From: Histomonas meleagridis 2922-C6/04-290x
Lineage: Eukaryota > Protista > Parabasalia
Reading direction: 5' to 3'
DNA length: 32,723 bases
Assembly (NCBI GenBank): GCA_020184695.1
Contig: JAANOX010000129.1
Coordinates: 1 to 32,723 of the forward strand
A program made the translations under genes and the position numbers. The notes under the pieces are model-generated. The model did not search any database. It was given only the letters and a program-made list of their open reading frames with translations, and was not told the origin of the DNA. This document shows, piece by piece, positions 14,580-25,928 of this stretch. Position 1 is the stretch's first letter; every line of letters starts with the position of its first letter.

Positions 14580-15866
14580 TAGGGGGGTCCAAAAGTTCGT
14601 GTAATCCCCTTTATTTCAATGAGTAAACATTACTGTAATTTTATATTTAATATATATAATATTCATAAAGTGTTCTATAATTTATTTATGTATTAATTTG
14701 AGTTTTATAAATTGTGAATCGAAATATTCACATTTTGAAAACGATAGCGACCGTTTGAGTCCACTTATGAACCAGGAATTTCGGTCGGTATATCGTTATT
14801 GTTATCTTAGAGGATTATCTCCAAGAGAAGCACATGAAGAAATGATACGAGCATATGGAGAAGATTGTCCTCATGAAAATACTATAAGAAAATAATTTAA
14901 AAGATTTGAAGAAGGCTCAGAATCACTTGATGACGAACACCGTACAGGGAGACCTAAAAATACCTCATTAGTTCCAAAAGTGCAGGATCTTTTAATGAAC
15001 TATCCATTTTTATCAGCAAAAAGCTATTGCCAATATGTTGGGCGCTCCTAAGACAACAATTCTTAGGGTTTTACATGATAAAAATGGGTTATGTGAAGTT
15101 GAATTTTCGATGGATCCCCCATCAACTCATCGATGATCAAAAAAAGCCGATAGGGTTCAGGCTGCACACGAAATGTTAGAAATTCTCAGAAACAATAAAA
15201 ACCCCTAGTGCAACATAATTACAGGTGATGAAACATGGATATATCGGGAAAACAACAATACAAGTCAATGGCTTCCAATTGGAAGCAAAAGGCCAGAAAT
15301 TCCCAAAAGAATTATGACGGTTAACAAAACGATGATTAGCGTATACCTAAGTACGGCAGGGATTATCTTAATAGATCCTTTACCAAATCATATAAAATTT
15401 AGAGCAAAGAATAACATACAAGGTATACTTCAAAAGTTAAATAATAATATAAAACAAAGAAGAAAAATGTCGGAGTTTCAGGTTGTTTATTACATATCGA
15501 CAATGCACCGTCACACAACGCGACCGTTACCTGACGAGATCCAAAAATTAGGCATTAGAAGAATGTCTCACTCCTGCTTATTCACAAGATATTGCTCCTT
15601 GTGACTTTTGGCTATTCTGGTGTTGTGAAAGAACGGATCAAAGGCTACACATTAAATAATGAGAACGAATTAATTCAAAAAATTTCGGAAATTCTCAATG
15701 GAATTTCAACACAAGAAATTGAAGATGTATATGAAGAATGGTGCCGCCGTCTCGAATGGGTTATTAATAACAAAGGGGAGTACTATACAAATTAATAAAA
15801 AGATTTTTTATATCTTGTTTATTTATTGAGAAAAAGTTGAATTACACGAACTTTTGGACCCCCCTA
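14580..15866 (+). mobile_element. Full-length (~1287 bp) Tc1/mariner DNA transposon with 26-bp perfect TIRs and TA target duplication
   Basis: Left TAGGGGGGTCCAAAAGTTCGTGTAAT (14580-14605), right ATTACACGAACTTTTGGACCCCCCTA (15841-15866), TA on each side (14578-79, 15867-68). The boundary could shift by 2 bp depending on which TA is the TSD. Confidence 0.95.
14767..15795 (+). pseudogene. Mariner transposase (DD34D type), inactivated by a stop and several frameshifts
   Basis: HTH region (A.EEM..AYGEDCP...TIRK*FKRF...SLDDEHRTGRP), IITGDETWIY, LHIDNAPSH and HPAYSQDIAPCDFWLF. Manual frame restoration is consistent with 34 residues between the second and third Asp. Confidence 0.92.
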
Positions 15867-16109
15867 TAGATATAAAATTATAAAAAAGATATGAGTATAA
15901 TAGAAAAATATTGGGATTGAAAAAATTTGTTAATGTGTTAATATTAAAAAAACTATAAAAATATGCGTGTAAAAATTATAATTGATAAAAGAAAAGACCA
16001 AAAACATGAGGTGAGCGGGTTGTTATTAGATACTTTCCCAAATGAGCATCTGCTAGCCAGATCTTTGGAATTTTTCATAAATTTTTTTAATTTTTCTAAT
16101 TTTTAATAT

Positions 16110-16690
16110 GACATATTTTATTTTTCATGTATGTATTTGAAGATATCATTTCGATGGAATTCAATTGCTATTTCATATGCATCCTCAAATGATGAATGAT
16201 TTCTTCATTTCCACCTGCAATTGCATGTTTACATGTGTTATTTACATTTGCATTATTCATACGTAAATATTTAAAACATTTAATAGAAGAAAAATGCTGC
16301 ATAATCAATTAATGAAACATTTTTTTTATTAATAAATGAACATCTTTCATAAAGTGATGGTTCAATTGTTTGATTAAAATCAAAATTTGGTTGTGATGAT
16401 ATTTCTTGAAGTTTTTCTATTTCATCATTTCGAATTATTTTTGCAATTTCATTTGGATTAACACTTTCTTTGATTAATTTCTTGTTAATTTCCCAATCAT
16501 TCTTTGAAAGTTCTTTAATGTTTCCCATTTTTGGTTTCAAATAGTCATTCTCTCTGGAATTTTTGGACATGTAAGGTATAAAATATGATTCTTCTCTCAC
16601 CTGTTCAATTATGTTCGATTCACATAAATTTTCTTGAATCATTCTCTCAAGAAAATAATTTGATTCTTGATAACATATTTTCAAAATCAT
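16110..16690 (-). pseudogene. Ankyrin/DUF3447-type family gene, copy 2, disrupted
   Basis: VNPNEIAKIIRNDEIEKLQEISSQPNFDFNQTIEPSLYERCSFINKKNVSLIDYAAFF, then shifted IKCFKYL...AIAGGNEEIIH/SFEDAYEIAIEFHRNDIF. Confidence 0.75.
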
Positions 16691-17996
16691 TTTTCAAGAA
16701 AACTTTATGTATTTTACTTTGTATCTGTTTGTTATCTTCAATTTTTTTTTATTTCTTTAATGATATTCATATAGACTTTTGAATTATTCATTCCTGCTAC
16801 AAATAGTGAATAAATTATTTTACTAATGAATACTGACAATTATTATCAAATATATCAAACACTGAAAGAACTACTTGAGCAACATTTTCTTTATTTAAGA
16901 AAAATATTTTTTATTGAATAAACTGAATTGTTCATTTTTGTTTTGCAAAGTCCAGGACAAGTAAAAATTTAGTGAAACAAAATACCAGGTCGCTTTAGCT
17001 ATGATCGGCGCATTCAAAAAGCGAAAATTGAATAGGTTATCTAAACGTTACAAGCAACCATCGACTCAATAAAGTTTTCGTCTGATTCAGTCACCAGAAA
17101 AATCTTCCAAATAGTATTCAATGCACCTGTTACAATGAATGTACCAGCCATAACAAGAAAAGCAAGTTCACAAGAAGATTATATACCAGGACAACTTTCA
17201 TAAAATTAATTATTACTTAATACAAAAGATTGAATTTTATGAATACAGCATATATAATACCAAAGGCGAAGCATCCAGTTACTTAATTTTCAGTCCAAAT
17301 GTACAATTTGAAGGAAAAATTATTAGATTTTACACTTTTGGACAAACCAATTTTTGCAACACTTATTACATCTGCTGTTGATTATCTTAGCGTTCGAAAA
17401 GGTATCGATATTGATCAACTTAATAGAGAGATTCACGTATTCAAACAATTCTTCAATGTTGTATTTAGAATAACGTTGACCATATCATTTTAGGCGCATT
17501 TGGTTGTGGAGCATTCCATTATAATCTCAATAAAATTTCGGATAATTTAAAGAAATGAGTTGTATTAAATGAAGAGACAAACATCAAACAACTAAAGGCT
17601 GTAACAAATGAGTAAGTGAGTGTTAGTGAACAAAATATTGCACTTAATTAATAAATTGAAATCATTTAAAGAAATTAACTGTATTGAATGTTAAGATAAA
17701 CATCAAATGAATAAGTGAGTTGTATTAAATGGATAAATGATTTCCAAATTCTCAAATGATTTTGAGAGTCGCAGACTCAAAAAGCTCTATCGGTTTGCTG
17801 TGGTGCTCCAAGATTTACATAAAAGAATTATTAATAAATAAAATCAAATAAGTTTCCTTGATATAGCATACCGAATTTGTCAAACTTCAAATCAAAAATA
17901 AAACTTGGTTTAAAACTTTCAATAAATTATCAAAAAAAATTATAATGAAAAACATTCCGAATAATTTTGTTGTTTTATTCAATGAAAAGGGTATTT

Positions 17997-18735
17997 TTAT
18001 GCACGAACACCAAGATTTTGTTCTTTGTTATCATCATTGCTATTATCATCTTTAATAATAATCATTTTATCATTATCATTAAATGATCCTTCATTAATTT
18101 GATTTCTTTTCTTTCGAATGTAAATTAAAAATGTAATAATTAATGAAGCAACAATAACGATTCCAATTGCAACAACAACACCAATATAAAGTTTTGTCTT
18201 ATCTTCATTTTTAATAACATTGTTTTCAATAATATAAAAACCTGAATAAGACATGAAATAATCAGAATAAAGACTAACTGTATAATCATAATATATAACT
18301 GATGTTGAAATATATGTTGATATTGAATTGGTATTGGTGAGAATCATTGAATTGATATATGAGCTATAAAAACTTAATGTTTGTGTCATTGATAAAATAT
18401 ATGTCACTGAATATGAATGTGTTAAAGTTACATCAGAAGAATATGTTTCTGTAAATGTGGAATATGATGAAAATGAATTTAATTCAGTAAGTGTATTTGA
18501 ATGTGAACCTGTACTTGATATTGAAAATGAACCTGAATTGGTAAATGTATTTGGATATGTATTTGAATTTGACATAGGAAATGTATTTGAATGTGAACCT
18601 GACATAGTAAATGTATTTGAATGTAAACCTGACATAGTAAATGTATTTGAATGTGAAAATGAACTTGATTGTGTAAAAATATTTGTTTCAGTTGGTGTAA
18701 ATGTTTGTGTATGTATTGGATTACATCCTTCAAAT
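17997..18735 (-). pseudogene. Orphan C-terminal half of a BspA-type surface protein (S/T-rich stalk, transmembrane helix, short tail), 5'-truncated
   Basis: The frame begins EGCNPIHTQTFTPTETN, similar to EGCTLNPTPTFTPNETN of the BspA copies. It has S/T-rich repeats, the TM segment LYIGVVVAIGIVIVASLIITFLIYI and a positive-inside RKKR. No LRRs upstream. Confidence 0.75.
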
Positions 18736-19164
18736 GAAAATATAAATGAATAAAATTTCGGTGTTTTCAGGTAAATTTTAAAAAAGTTGATTTTTTCTCA
18801 ATATAAAATCATTTTAATTCTAAGATACTCAAAGCAATATATGTACATCAGTCAAACATTTGGATAGCATTGAAAAATATAAGATAAATTTTTTTTTTTA
18901 GAAATACGTGATGATTCAAAAATTTCCATATTTTTTGATGAAATTTTATATTTAACTTATGCATATCATGAGATTTATGTTATAGTATAAATTCCAATAT
19001 GTTTTTGCAACGTCAAAGAGTTTTGAAAAAATGTAATTTTTCTAAAAAAAAAAAAAAAGTTTTTTTATGATTCCTTGCATAACTAAAGTTGATAATGTGA
19101 TGATATTATATTTCAAGAATGAGAAAAGCGCATTTGTGAATTCTTCAAAAAGTTATTTTAAGGG
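18731..19164 (-). repeat. ~430-bp dispersed repeat, copy B
   Basis: Diverged reverse complement of 2187-2616. Confidence 0.9.
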
Positions 19165-19642
19165 ATTACAATATAGACCCTTTAGCTATGTTTATAAGAG
19201 TATCCTACGTATACGGGCAATGCCATGCGTGGAAACAATACAAGTTCCACAAAAAGTATTTGAGTAATAAAAAATATTGAAAGATTAAAAACATCAACAT
19301 TCTTTCTGGAAATGATTTTTTCTTTTTTTATACGATATATTTATATTTTATTTTCTTGAATATAGTTAGAACACTAATAGTTAATTTTATATTCAAGGGC
19401 AATCAAAGATTCCTTTTGTAATTTCACCAAAAAGAAGGATTTGAAATATACATTTTGAGTTTTGATGAATTTGTATAGTTTATTATAAAAGTGATGTGTT
19501 TTTCGATTTTCATTGAATTCATTTTACCTCGGGTTGCGAGACCTCATAGAAAATATTGAATGAATAATGGCACTTGTCGGGAAAAGAGTTTTTTTGGGCT
19601 GTGCAAAATCATTGGAATTTATTCCAGGATGGTGAGTGCTTT

Positions 19643-19716
19643 ATGTGCAATTTAGAGGGGTTCGGCAGAAAATGCCGAAGGCCTTCTGCCGCAACCCCTC
19701 TATTATTTTCGCACAT
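19643..19716. other. Long GC-rich hairpin with a GCC-GAA-GGC apical mini-stem, inside a ~330-bp GC-enriched island (~19525-19856)
   Basis: TAGAGGGGTT-CGGCAGAA (19653-19670) pairs with TTCTGCCG-C-AACCCCTCTA (19684-19702) with one bulge; ATGTGC/GCACAT closes the outside. Confidence 0.8.
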
Positions 19717-20559
19717 GGAAGGCTCCTTCTGCGATGATAAAATCGGAGCATAACGATAACAAATATCGATAAAACCGTTTATTTCATTATTATAAATATT
19801 TTTATTTCCTTTTCCCATGGGATTTTCCATACGTCCCGGGTACGCGTCCCCAGTCACTTTTTGAATAGAAAAACGATCAAAATATGCAAAAAATGAATTT
19901 TATCTATTGCTTTTATAAGCATTTCATCATTAAAAATAATATGAAGGCAAAGAGTAGTGATTATATTATAAATTTTAATAAAATTAATTGAACACATAAA
20001 AAATTATAAAAATTTTTCAAAAAAAAATACGATAGATTATTTGAATCACCGATATATATATCGTTCGAATAACCGGCAAACATGATCGGTGTATAACTTT
20101 TTCTTAGTTTGGGTCGTCACAGTCAACTTTTTCTATGCTATTCAATTATTGTGATAGAATTTCTGTAAAAATTTTGTTGTAAATCGTATCGTAGTTGACA
20201 TTAAAATTTCGGTGAGAATAAAAATGTCAAAACCTCATATCCAAATATTCATATAGAAATACACTTGAATTAAAAGACATTTATTTTTTCATTCATCTTC
20301 TCTTGTGGTAATCTTATTTATTACACGTATTGACCAAGATATTTATATTTTAATTTCGTTAATGAAATGAGCAGAAAATAATCGTTATTCATACAAAAAA
20401 ATGTTATTCGTGAGGTGTATTGTACTCCCAAAAAATAAATAAATTTTCCAATAATTATATATAAATAATGTAAACTCTATTATCAGGGTGTATAAAAATA
20501 TGAAATTAATCTATAAATAAATTAATTCTATACAATTAGATAATACATAATTCCCAAAA

Positions 20560-21090
20560 ATAAATACTTGAGGAATTGTAATGTTATTTATTTTTGTGCG
20601 ATTATAAAATGCATAATCTGTAATTTCATCTGAATTAGAACTTAAATTAATTGTTTCTAATGATGAACAATTATAAAACACTAAACTATCAATTACATTG
20701 ACTGAATTTGGAATTGATATAATAATAATTATTTAATTTTATGCAATTCGAAAAAGCTGAACTTCCAATTTTTTCAATATTTTCTCCAAAATTAATTGTT
20801 TCTAATGATAGACAATCGGAAAATGTACAATATTGAATTGTTTTAACTAAATTTGGAATAGTAATGTGATCTAATTTTACGCAATTCCTTCAATATTTAC
20901 TCCAAAATTAATTGTTTCTAATGATGAACAATTAGAAAAAGCTGATGCAGAAATTGTTTTGACTGAATTACTTAAGTTAACTGAAATAACAAATTTCCAT
21001 CCACTAAATACATTATGTGGAATAGAACAATTAGAATTATACTAATGGAATGTTTTAAATGATATTTTGAAGTGTATCTTTCATATTCAT
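20560..21090 (-). pseudogene. Degraded BspA-like LRR gene missed by the ORF track
   Basis: Manual translation: starts MNMK like the other BspA copies, then SVKTISASAFSNCSSLETINFG, VKTIQYCTFSDCLSLETINFGENIEKIGSSAFSNCIKL, IPNSVNVIDSLVFYNCSSLETINL, with stops and frameshifts. Confidence 0.85.
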
Positions 21091-22380
21091 AAATATTTAT
21101 ATAATATAACATAGAACTTAATAGATTCATTCATTATTGTTATGTTATTTATATAAGTAAAAAGACATGATACAATACGATATATAAAATCTAATAACAT
21201 TATAATCTATATTGTGGAATCATATAACTGAATAAGTATAAATATATATCGAACAAACAATTATGGTTATAACCACATATATTATTATATTTAAAAATAG
21301 AATATAACCCATTATCAGAAAAGTATAATTATTTTTGATCAGAAATTACGATGAATAAAAAATTGAAAAATCAGAGTGATTATGGCAAAAATGCATTATT
21401 TTTACTAACAACGGATTCTGATAAATTACTGGTATCTAATAAATTAAATAAGATATTATATTTATGAAAATATACTCGTTACAATGAATGGTTCGTCGTA
21501 ATTATACGACAATATTGAATGCTTATTTTTTTTCTCAATTTTTTTCATTGGCATTTTTTTCACCTATTTTTGAATACCATCACAAAAACTTACACTACCG
21601 TCTGTTCTGAGTGAAAATGTCTGTTCTAAGGTGAAAATCTGCCAATTTATGAAATAAAATATTGTATGAATTTTGATCGTTTTTTGGATTTTTTGCGAAT
21701 AATTTGCGATTTTCTCGCTCAATAAAGCAATATCATCAATCATAATATGAATATATTGTTCATTATTGACGAGGAATATGAGAAATTTCCTACGTTTCCA
21801 GTTCAGTTTTGATAATAAATAAAGGAATTGATTATGATTATCCGACAATTTCATTAGATATGTTAATGGTGTAACTGCATATATACATTTAAAAAGTAGG
21901 TATGCATCAAGTTCGATTTATCAACATGCAATTTTTTGTAATTTTTTCGTTTTTATTTTTTATTTTATTTAGATAATTATATAAACATAAGAGATCAAAT
22001 GATATGAAAATAAATAAATTTGCATGCAAGCCATGACATTTTGTTGAAGATTTTTCTTTAAATGATCATTTTTTATAATGTGAAGTTGTAAATATATTGT
22101 GCTTATATCGTAACTTAAACGATCAATTAATGACTTTTTGAATGAAAAAAGCAAAGAATTGTATTTTGTATCGTAAAAAACTATTTTATGAATTTGTGGT
22201 GTATTATATTGGCATTAACTGAGGTAGGACCAATTATAAATCAACAAAAATTAATTTCAAAGCAATATACAAAAGTGCTAATTAGCAAACTCTTGACATT
22301 AATCTCATCGCAATAAGCAAAGTTACATGAACAGCAAAACTTGATAATTATCTTATAACAATACTTGAATTTGGTAATGT

Positions 22381-24719
22381 TTATGCATTTTCGTTTTCGA
22401 AATATATATTTCTAATTTTATTTCTAAATGGACAATTGTTCTTATAATGACCTATTTCTTTGCATACACTACATCTCCTTCCTTCTTCCATGCTTATTTT
22501 TTGTTGTAATTTTACCCACTCACTATAGCCAATGCAATCTTTTGTTCCATGTTGCAATGAACAAATTTCACAAATCTTTGGATGATTAACATTTTGTTGA
22601 TGCATTTTTGTTGTTCGTATTCTGCATCTTGGAATTCCAGGTGCATCTTCAAATATTAGTCCATCAATATCTTCAATCTTATTTCCTCCCTGAATTCTAA
22701 GCATGTTTTCATATATATAATTTAATTGTTTCAATGTTTCACGATATGCATCATTCGAACGACTTGCAAGAGAAGCGATCTCTTTTCCTCTATGAAGTAA
22801 TTCAAGATATCTAGCCTTTTGGTTTTCTTCTTTTAATTCACTTATATCTTCTTCTTCGTTATCTTCTTCTTCAAAGTATATTAATTCTTCTTTTTCACCA
22901 TCGTCAAATTTTACCATTATATCTTCTATTTCACCATTTAATTGGTGATTTTGCTCTTTAATCCAAAATGGATTTATAAAACGACCAACTTCATTGATTT
23001 TATCAAGATAAATATATAAGGAAATTAAGTGAACACATGGAATTCCTGAAACCATGTGTTCATTGCAAATACATTTTTCAGGAGTGACCATTATTGAATC
23101 TTCCTCATATTCTGGAAGACAACAAATATAATTGTTTTCCACCATTTGAGTTATTTTATAATTTTTTGCCCTCTCCAAATTTTTCATTAGTTTTATTTGT
23201 ATTTTTGGGCATAATTCATATAGAAATGGTGATTCCATTTTTCTTCTTCTATAATCTTTTTGGCGGTTGGAATGATATGCATTCATATCGCATATATTAA
23301 TTGCTTGTCTTATTGCAAGCAAATTATTTGTCGATTTATTTAACCTGCATTTAATCATTCTATTTCTTGATTCTGCATTACTAGTGGTATTTATTCCTTT
23401 CGTGAAAACATTGATTTTTGATTTAGCAAATTTCGTTATCAAAGGAATTACATTTTCTTCCATGTATTTTTTAATTTTAGGATGTATTGTTTGTAATTTT
23501 TCGATTAATTCATCAACTACTTCTGGGTTATTATCATAGCATATTTGATGAAACATTAATGATGCAGCTTTTTTTTGATCTTTACTCAAACCAAACTCAT
23601 TTAATTTTTTGTTAAAATTGTTTTCTTTATGTTTTGCACATAAAAGGTGATTAAAATTGATTCCTTCGGCGTTTAACTTTTTAAATGCAGGTATATAAGC
23701 TCTGTCTTCATCCGTTATTATAGTTTTACAATGAAATTCTTTCAATGTATATAAATTATGAATTAGCCAATTAATTATTGTTTTATCCATCATGGCTGAA
23801 AATAAAACACCACCAGATCTTATTCTACAGTCGTTATCTAATAGTGTTATTGGCGTCATTTCCCAACGCAATTGATGTGTTGGGAGTTGAGTTCCATCAA
23901 TTTGGATTATGTCTGAGAAACAATCAAGATTATGTAATTCGTAGTCCATAATTGTCAAAATAGCAATTCTTCTTACTTTTTCAGAAAATCCAATATCAAA
24001 TGAGAATACTTTCCCACCATTTTTTTCTACAAAATCTTGAAGCATAAGAGTTTCAGGTAAAAAGTTTTTGAGCTCTTTTTTATAAATAATTTGTGCTATA
24101 TCAAATGTTGTAAGATTTAATTCAGGTGCAAAAATTGGAATAATATCTTGTATTTGTGTGGGCGTAAGAATTGTACCCAATCTTTTAATAATCACATCCT
24201 TGGTGCCTTCTTGTAATACGCTTAAATATCTAGTGGGTTCATAATCGTTGTGATTATTAATTAATATAGATTTTTTAGATATATAAAATTCATTTGAACC
24301 TGTTTTTGTAATTTTTATGATGAATGGACATTTTGTTTTTTTAGTCTTTTTGAAATTACGAATTCTACCTCCTTTTTCACAATAGAGTGTGCATCTGATG
24401 TCATTTTTACCGTCCCATCGGCATAATTTAAATCCATTCTCCAATGCGATCTTTTTCAAATATTCAATGATTTCAAACATATCTTCTGAGTGAATTTTGG
24501 AAGTTCGACTTGATTGAAAAAATTAATACCTGATTGTTTGATTGGTAATAATATATCTACATTTTGAATAAATAATTTTGGAATTGGGAAATTTTGTTGA
24601 ATTGCATAAACAATAATTTCTTTTTCTAATTTTTGAAAAAAATGAAATGGTACTTTTTGATCCGAAGGTACCATTTCATATAATTTCTCAATTGATAAAT
24701 CAAATAGATTTGTTTCCAT
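22381..24719 (-). CDS. Mutator-like (MULE) DDE transposase with FAR1/WRKY-type N-terminal domain, SWIM finger and C-terminal zinc knuckles; one apparent frameshift at ~24497
   Basis: 699-aa ORF: YCEKGG...KTKCPF...NNHN; IQIDGT (D1), IITDED (D2), LLCAKH (CxxH), NAESRN (E); SWIM CICNEHMVSGIPCVH; CSVCKEIGHYKNNC. Adding one A to ccaaaattcac joins ORF 24456-24719 in frame. Confidence 0.92.
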
Positions 24720-24720
24720 T

Positions 24721-24731
24721 AAATGAAGTGA
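24721..24731 (-). promoter_or_regulatory. Tandem parabasalid-type initiator (Inr) TCACTTCATTT just upstream of the MULE ATG
   Basis: The minus strand reads TCACTTCATTT-A-ATG, i.e. two overlapping matches to the Trichomonas Inr consensus TCAYT(T/A). Confidence 0.6.
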
Positions 24732-25173
24732 TCTCGAATATTTCGAAACAGGTCATTGGATATAATTCAATTTTGATATACATGACGTTAAATGTTCTCA
24801 AATATTTTTGATTTTCTACTGATATGACGTTAATGTTCTCCAATATTTATATATTATACATTACATGACATTAACCAAAAATTTTTATAAAATTAATTCT
24901 GAGATTTTCTGCTTTTTGATATAATAATCAGGAAAATTTTTACTCAGAATTTTGATAAAGTTTTACCAAATTGATCATTCGAATATAATATGAAAATTTC
25001 AAATAGTGTTTCTAAATGTATCTAAATACATTGAATAATTTCAAATAATTTTTATGGATAATTAATCAATAATGTAATAAGATCGTATTTTTAAAAAAAA
25101 AATTTCTCACGATAATGTTGTAGGATAGGGTAGGATAAAATCATTAATATATTGTTGTCGATCAAAAATTATG

Positions 25174-25200
25174 ATATATATATATATATATATATATATA
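25174..25200. repeat. (TA)n microsatellite
   Basis: About 13 AT dinucleotides, directly visible. Confidence 0.9.
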
Positions 25201-25406
25201 AGGAATATAAATTTTGTACAATATATATTCGTTTTAATATTTCTAAATGTATATTAATATTGGTAGAAATTAATAAATTTTGTATATAAGTTGAATAATA
25301 ATTATTCATAAATTGGATAGAAAAGTAATTGAGTGATTGATTAAAATGTCAATCTAATTTTACATATAGCAATGTAATTATTTAGGATGTCATTATTTTG
25401 TACAAA

Positions 25407-25615
25407 ATAATAATGTTATACATAATAGTGTTATTATTAATAGTGTTATACATAATAGTGTTATTATTAATAGTGTTATACATAATAATGTTATTATTAA
25501 TAGTGTTATTATTAATAATGTTATACATTATAATGTTATTATTGCTAGTGTTATACATAATAGTGTTATTATTAATAATGTTATACATAATAGTGTTATT
25601 ATTAATAATGTTATA
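25407..25615. repeat. Tandem array of alternating 15-bp subunits (TAATGTTATACATAA / TAGTGTTATTATTAA types)
   Basis: Directly visible; runs straight into the (CA)n module. Confidence 0.92.
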
Positions 25616-25680
25616 CACACACACACACAGCGCTATTTGAGCTTCGCGTTTCACGCTTCGCTCAATCCCGCGCTAAATAA
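25614..25680. other. Structured module M1: (CA)n-AGCGC-TATTT-GAGC-ttc-GCGT-ttc-ACGC-ttc-GCTC-aatccc-GCGCT-AAATA
   Basis: Nested stems; homologous to M2 at 28856-28920 with compensatory changes. Confidence 0.85.
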
Positions 25681-25763
25681 AAGAAAGCATTGGCGCCAAG
25701 AGGAAGAATGAAAATTAGAACCAACGGTCACATTTAAAGATAAGCATGTGCGGAAAATCTAAC

Positions 25764-25876
25764 TATAACTTGTAACGTAACGTTACCTGTAACTTTGACA
25801 ATTTGGAAAAAAGAAGAAGGAGGATAAAAAGTGAGAGGAGGCTCTGTTACCAGGTTACGTTACGTTACAAGTTATA
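25764..25876. promoter_or_regulatory. ~30-bp inverted repeat built from GTAAC/GTTAC pentamers around a purine-rich spacer; candidate origin or protein-binding site
   Basis: TATAACTTGTAACGTAACGTTACCTGTAAC (25764-25793) vs GTTACCAGGTTACGTTACGTTACAAGTTATA (25846-25876), ending 52 bp before the helicase ATG. The repeat is seen; the function is inferred. Confidence 0.6.
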
Positions 25877-25928
25877 AATTAAGCTTAGTTTTAAAGTAGT
25901 AATTTGATTTTTTAATGCAACTGAAAAG

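Noticed and set aside
16940-17760. Coding-like fragments (including ORF 17299-17493) and a short GAGTTGTATTAAATG direct repeat
   Set aside because: Possibly pseudogene debris, but no family could be assigned.
18457-18753. ORFs 18457-18753 (+) and 18479-18733 (-)
   Set aside because: Shadow frames of the repetitive S/T stalk coding sequence.
19609-19857. 82-aa minus-strand ORF over the GC island
   Set aside because: No recognisable domain; its length is explicable by higher GC. An RNase P/MRP or SRP call was also not made, because the conserved regions did not match convincingly.
21900-25170. TIRs/TSD for the MULE
   Set aside because: No matching inverted termini found by eye, so element boundaries are not reported.
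25382-25654. ORFs 25382-25654 and 25398-25640
   Set aside because: Translations of the 15-bp tandem array.
25629-25679. HDV-like or hammerhead ribozyme reading of M1/M2
   Set aside because: The crossing-stem order is superficially HDV-like, but there is no P4 or J4/2 catalytic-C segment and no CUGAUGA/GAAA hammerhead core.
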